A stretch of DNA of 30,712 bases, counting the filler, from an uncultured virus (IMG/VR IMGVR_UViG_2049941000_000697) (Duplodnaviria > Heunggongvirae > Uroviricota > Caudoviricetes). It is 14 parts of one record of this genome, joined end to end, with 100 filler letters (N's around TTAATTAATTAA, not from the genome) between each part and the next. Parts side by side here need not be neighbours in the genome. Positions count along the whole stretch, not along the records: positions 23,894 to 28,198 come from IMGVR_UViG_2049941000_000697; positions 28,299 to 29,950 come from IMGVR_UViG_2049941000_000697; positions 30,051 to 30,712 come from IMGVR_UViG_2049941000_000697; 11 more parts are not named here. The stretch is one strand, 5' to 3'. Below the pieces are notes generated by a model. That model was not told the DNA's origin. It did not search any database and saw only the letters and a list, made by a program, of their open reading frames with translations. Every line of letters starts with the position of its first letter. Position 1 is the stretch's first letter. The position numbers and the translations under genes were made by a program. Below are positions 26,595 to 30,712 of this stretch, in pieces.

Positions 26595-27908
26595 TTAGCC
26601 CAGCGGCGGGGACACCGTACCGCCGTCAAGCANNNNNNNNNNCATTGTTCACGTTTTCGGCATAGCCGCCGCTGGAGATGAGCATCACGCCATTGGGTTT
26701 TACCTCCACGGTCGAGGCATTTCCCCATATAACCGCCGACCCACCGCTCTCAACGGTAGTGATGTCTGCCACGCCGCCGCTGGAAACTTGCAGAACGCCG
26801 CCGCTGGATACGGTGGTGGTGCTCATCATCACGCCGCCNNNNNNNNNNNNNNNNNNNNNNNNNNNNNNNNNNNNNNNNNNNNNNNNNNNNNNNNNNNNNN
26901 NNNNNNNNNNNNNNNNNNNNNNNNNNNNNNNNNNNNNNNNNNNNNNNNNNNNNNNNNNNNNNNNNNNNNNNNNNNNNNNNNNNNNNNNNNNNNNNNNNNN
27001 NNNNNNNNNNNNNNNNNNNNNNNNNNNNNNNNNNNNNNNNNNNNTCCGCGTAGCCGCCGCCAACGACTTGCATGATGCCGCCATTCATAGGAGAAGTGAC
27101 GCCGCTCGCAACACCTCCATTGGAAACGTACATTGAACCGCCGCTGGAAACAACGCCGCCATTCGCCACGCCCCTGCTGGAAACATGGAACCTCGCTCCG
27201 CTTGACACAATAGCCGCGTTCGCAACCCCGCCGCTCGACACCGTGACCGTGCCGCCCGAAGTCAACACCGCAGAGGTCGCAACGCCGCCGCTGGAAACAG
27301 TCAGTATACCGCCGACACCAACACCGTTGATTTCGCTCTCCGTTACGGTGACAACGCCCGACTGGGTAATCGTCCCGCCCGAAATGATGGCGTTGCTGGT
27401 GGCATTCACANNNNNNNNNNATAACACCACGGGTGGCATCGAAAGTCTTGGACACCTCCGCAAGAAGCACCCTCGCGTCAGAAGACCAAGTGAAGTGAAC
27501 AAGGTATCCTGTGTCAGCCTCGTCCATCGCAGGGGGCATGTTCTCGCTGGAATACGACTGCGGATACCAGTCCACAGCCGCCCACCAAATCGGGTGATGG
27601 TCTCCCAAAAGAGCCAACTGCCGGACGGTCGCGCCTTGGAAAACCAATAGGTCAAAGGAGTAGTCCTCAAGCGAATCCACCGCGCCGATGCGAACGGTCA
27701 TGTCGTTCTCCAAATTGAGAACATAGAGATAGCCATTCTCGCCCAAAAAATCACCCGTGACGGTAACGTGTTTCTCGCCGTACCGAGACTCCCATTCAGA
27801 GCCATTGTAAGCCACGGTCGTCCCGGGCTGGGTCGCGGTGGGGAGCCCTCCTCCGCCGGATTCGCCTTCACGAAATTCGTCAAGATATTTGTCATAAATC
27901 GGTTTCAT
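26595..27908 (-). CDS. AIDA-repeat beta-helix protein (putative tail fibre/adhesin): N-terminus, repeat fragments and C-terminus, gapped
   Basis: ATG at 27908 with GAGGAGG RBS (MKPIYDKYLDEFREGESGGGGLP...); 19-aa periodic VSSGG repeats at 27045-27410 and 26643-26838; ends LDGGTVSPPLG* at 26595; continuity across gaps is inferred. Confidence 0.7.
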
Positions 27909-27918
27909 GGCAGCCTCC

Positions 27919-28140
27919 TCAATCCGCGACTTCGACGGTTCTGGTTTCATTTTTGGTCAGATCGTATTCGATGGTCGCTCGATTTGCCCATGCGCCGTAC
28001 CCCCAGAAGATCGTGGAGACGGTCCCCTCGGTCGTGATTTTGTGGATCGGCTGCGCCGCCTTTTCGGCATGATCGAAGGCGATATAGGTCACTGTTTCGC
28101 TCGCTTCATCAATCAGGTGAGAATGTTTTTTCCCCGACAT
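27919..28140 (-). CDS. Small hypothetical tail-region protein (GAWANRATIEY)
   Basis: 73-aa ORF directly upstream of the AIDA-repeat gene; frame is also open upstream to the linker, so the start is uncertain. Confidence 0.65.
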   Translation of the reverse strand: MSGKKHSHLIDEASETVTYIAFDHAEKAAQPIHKITTEGTVSTIFWGYGAWANRATIEYDLTKNETRTVEVAD

Positions 28141-28298
28141 GCTATTGAATCGTTCGGGGTTCAGGTCGTTCCGGTTGCCGAAGCAGTCGATGATTACGNN
28201 NNNNNNNNNNNNNNNNNNNNNNNNNNNNNNNNNNNNNNNNNNTTAATTAATTAANNNNNNNNNNNNNNNNNNNNNNNNNNNNNNNNNNNNNNNNNNNN

Positions 28299-28445
28299 CC
28301 TTTTATAAAGACAATGCGCCCCGCTATACAATTCAATATCAATCCGATAACGATGTTTGCAAGGACACGAGTCGGAAAGTGCAAATATTTCATTATTGCA
28401 CTTAATTATCTCTCCCTTGCTATTCAGCCATAAAGAATTAGCCAC
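28299..28445 (-). CDS. N-terminus of an AT-rich hypothetical protein (MANSLWLNSKGEIIKC...SCPCK)
   Basis: GTG overlapping the end of the upstream tail gene; abrupt drop in GC. Confidence 0.6.
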
Positions 28446-29386
28446 TGCACGTACCTGCTTTGATAAACACCGCCATCGGCGGCGTGAAACTTTCGATGCT
28501 GACGACCGCGGTGCCGCCGCTGACCGTCACATAGCCGAGCGGAAAGTCCGCGTCGGTGATCGCGACGGATGTGCCGCCGGTGATGGGTATGACGGCGTAC
28601 TCAAAATTCCCCCAGCCGGTGCTGTCATTGAACGGCGCGCGGAGCATGACATATCCGCTCTGCGATACGCTGACCGTTCCGGCTTCGACCTGTACGACGT
28701 CGCCGTTTCGCGAGGCGAAACCAGANNNNNNNNNNNNNNNNNNNNNNNNNNNNNNNNNNNNNNNNNNNNNNNNNGGCGACGGACAGCGTGAACGGAGAAA
28801 CCGTGCCGCCGGAAAAAAAAATTTTGAACGGCGCATGACTGGCGGTCTCCGCAGCTGGAGCCGCGGATCCCAGCTGCAAAACGCACCACTGCGCGCCGCT
28901 GGTGCCGCCGCGCCAGAGTATCTTCGCCTCGCTCGATTCGCACGACTCCAGTGCGCCGGTAGTGCTGCCGAAGACCGGCCGCGCACACCAATGCGATTCG
29001 CTTGAAATCGTCACAACCGCCGGCACCACGCCGATAACCCGCGCTTGCGCCAGCTCGCCCGGCTCCGCCGGCTCCATCAGGATCGCCCACGGTTTCCCTG
29101 TGTCGCCCGCCACCGTGGTGGTGAAGGTCGGCGTCTCCCAGGGCCAGGTGTCGCAGTTGGTCGGCGTCAGCACCGGCTCCGAAAGCTCCACCGCGGCAAA
29201 GGCGTCCAGCGCCGTCGTTCCGGCCTTGATCCGGATCACGCCGTCGCGCCGGGCGGCGGGAAAGTTCTTGGCGACAGCCTCGCTGAACCGCTGCATCTGC
29301 ACCCAGTTGACGGCGTCGCGAATCTCGTTCATGTTCGCGGCGGTGACCACCTCGCGAATGTTCATTCCAGGCTTGAACTGTTGCAT
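28438..29386 (-). CDS. Tail-distal structural protein, gapped
   Basis: MQQFKPG...AANMNEIRDAV...KPWAILMEP..PGELAQARVIGVVPA...GALES....AKILW...WCVLQLG; second gene after the tape measure. Confidence 0.65.
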
Positions 29387-29388
29387 GG

Positions 29389-29950
29389 TCAGATCCCCAG
29401 CACGCTCGCGAAATTCGCGTCACTATACACCTGTTCGACATATACGGCCACGGGGGTGCGAACGATGATTTTTTTGTCACCATTGGTCTGCTCCTGCTCC
29501 TTGTAGCGAAACCAGGCGAGATCCCACCCGCGCTTGTTGTAGTAATTCGATCCAAATGGGATATTGGTCTGATTCGGCTGCACGGCGAATTGGAACGTGA
29601 TCTGCCATTTGTCGCCGCTTCCGGTGCCGGAGCGGCTGCCGCCGCCGCNNNNNNNNNNAGCCGCGAAACTCCCGGTCGTTGATCGTCCCAACCGCCATCG
29701 CCACGGTGCGCCGCCAGGAGTCGGTGACTGTAGAGGGGCTGAGAAAATGCGTTTCCGCGATCGTGCATACGGGGCAGGTGATGTCCACGCCCTCGCCGTC
29801 GTTGATCCCGACGCTGTTCGGCGCCGACGACGGCAGCTTGGTGATCTGCGCGAAACTTTTGACGATGTGCCGCGTGCCGGCGGAAACGTCGAAGCTGTAC
29901 TGCGCCTCCGGCTCGCCGCCGCCGCCGCCGCCGGCTTGCGTAAAAACCCA
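29389..29950 (-). CDS. Tail protein following the tape measure gene, middle and C-terminal fragments
   Basis: EAQYSFDVSAGTRHI...EGVDITCP...ETHF...GTINDREFRG; WQITFQFAVQPNQT...KRGWDLAWFRY...PVAVYVEQVY...LGI*. Confidence 0.7.
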
Positions 29951-30050
29951 NNNNNNNNNNNNNNNNNNNNNNNNNNNNNNNNNNNNNNNNNNNNTTAATT
30001 AATTAANNNNNNNNNNNNNNNNNNNNNNNNNNNNNNNNNNNNNNNNNNNN

Positions 30051-30512
30051 GCGGAAAAACGACTTCCAGAAATTCGTGTCGTAGAGGATGTACCGGATGG
30101 ATCTCTTTCTTCGGACGTTCGGGATCATCCAGTTGAAGCCGATCTTGTCGCCCTGGTTGCGCCGGTACTCGGTGAACGGTCGCTGCGCCGCCGTGATGCC
30201 CTGCCCCTTGCTCGGAAGCAGGATCGCGGCGAACTGCGATTCGCGGCAGAACTGGAAAACGGCGTCGGTCGATCGGCCCCAGCCGCTATCGATGTAGGCG
30301 CGTTCGATGTGGAGTTCCGCGCCGTCCTCTCGCCGCCATGCGCGCGCCAGCAGGTCGCCGCAGAGATCGCGCAGCGCGGCGTAGATCGCGCCCTCGAGGC
30401 CGTGCCCCGGGTACATGCCGGAATAGGTCGGGCTGGCGTTCTTCAGCGTGAAGTTCCGGCGCTTCTGATCCGGGAAAGCCCCGTAGTCGATGATCCAGCC
30501 GGTGAAATCGTC
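30051..30512 (-). CDS. Terminase large subunit (GpA-like), C-terminal nuclease fragment
   Basis: DFTGWIIDYGAFPDQ...LEGAIYAAL...IERAYIDSGWGRSTDAVFQFCRES...LPSKG...YDTNFWKSF. Confidence 0.85.
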
Positions 30513-30553
30513 AGATCGGAAGAGCGTCGTGTAGGGAAAGAGTGTAGATCTCG
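30513..30553 (+). other. Illumina TruSeq adapter read-through (artefact)
   Basis: AGATCGGAAGAGCGTCGTGTAGGGAAAGAGTGTAGATCTCG is the standard adapter sequence. Confidence 0.98.
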
Positions 30554-30563
30554 NNNNNNNNNN

Positions 30564-30712
30564 TCCTGCCCGATCTGGGTCTATTCGCCGACCATCGGAA
30601 GAGGCTTCATCGAAAAGATCCGCGCGTGGAAATCGGAGGGCTATGTCGCCCTGACGTTCCCGGAATGGATCGCCGCGATCACGGATCCGGGCGACGCCTG
30701 GAATTTCCTCGC
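30564..30712 (+). CDS. Fragment of an unknown protein (SCPIWVYSPTIGRGFIEKIRAWKSEGYVALTFPEW...)
   Basis: Open + frame with GC-rich third positions across the whole fragment; no recognisable motif. Confidence 0.35.

Noticed and set aside
23894..27410. VSSGG repeats as a CRISPR array or diversity-generating retroelement TR/VR pair
   Set aside because: The repeats are degenerate at DNA level and periodic at protein level; no adenine-specific near-duplicate and no reverse transcriptase are visible.
1..30712. tRNA, rRNA, IS elements or attL/attR
   Set aside because: No cloverleaf, rRNA-like, transposase or flanking host sequence recognised; att sites cannot be located in this fragmented assembly.

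Overview
This window is an artificial pseudo-scaffold. Fourteen scaffolds are joined by 13 identical 100-nt linkers (44 N + TTAATTAATTAA + 44 N), and each scaffold is made of short contigs separated by N gaps that are often out of biological order. Almost everything belongs to one GC-rich temperate siphovirus-type (pro)phage on the minus strand; its structural proteins resemble those I recall from PVC-superphylum (Planctomycetes/Lentisphaerae) prophages. Modules seen: (1) large serine integrase and a probable repressor on the + strand. (2) A perfect sigma70 early promoter driving a ribbon-helix-helix gene and three paralogous XRE genes. (3) RecE-like exonuclease, AAA_24/Sak4-like ATPase and DUF669 SSB-like protein. 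(4) SF2 helicase, primase/DUF3987 helicase, MazG-like protein and a sigma70/ECF-like factor. (5) GpA-type terminase, lambda-type portal, prohead protease, major capsid protein, DUF2190, head-tail and tail genes, and tape measure. (6) A tail-distal/lysis region. The most striking signal is in the tail-distal scaffold: an AIDA-I/TibA-type 19-residue 'VSSGG' beta-helix repeat protein, with no signal peptide or autotransporter barrel visible, sits with a clear TibC/Aah-family O-heptosyltransferase fragment. This suggests a phage that heptosylates its own adhesin or tail fibre, but the linkage crosses N gaps and needs read-level confirmation. Other points: a 16-bp motif shared by two late-gene leaders (candidate target of the phage sigma factor), a near-duplicated 17-bp operator candidate, a second divergent prohead protease behind a probable chimeric junction, and an untrimmed Illumina adapter. 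All family calls come from motif recognition by eye; no database search was run.
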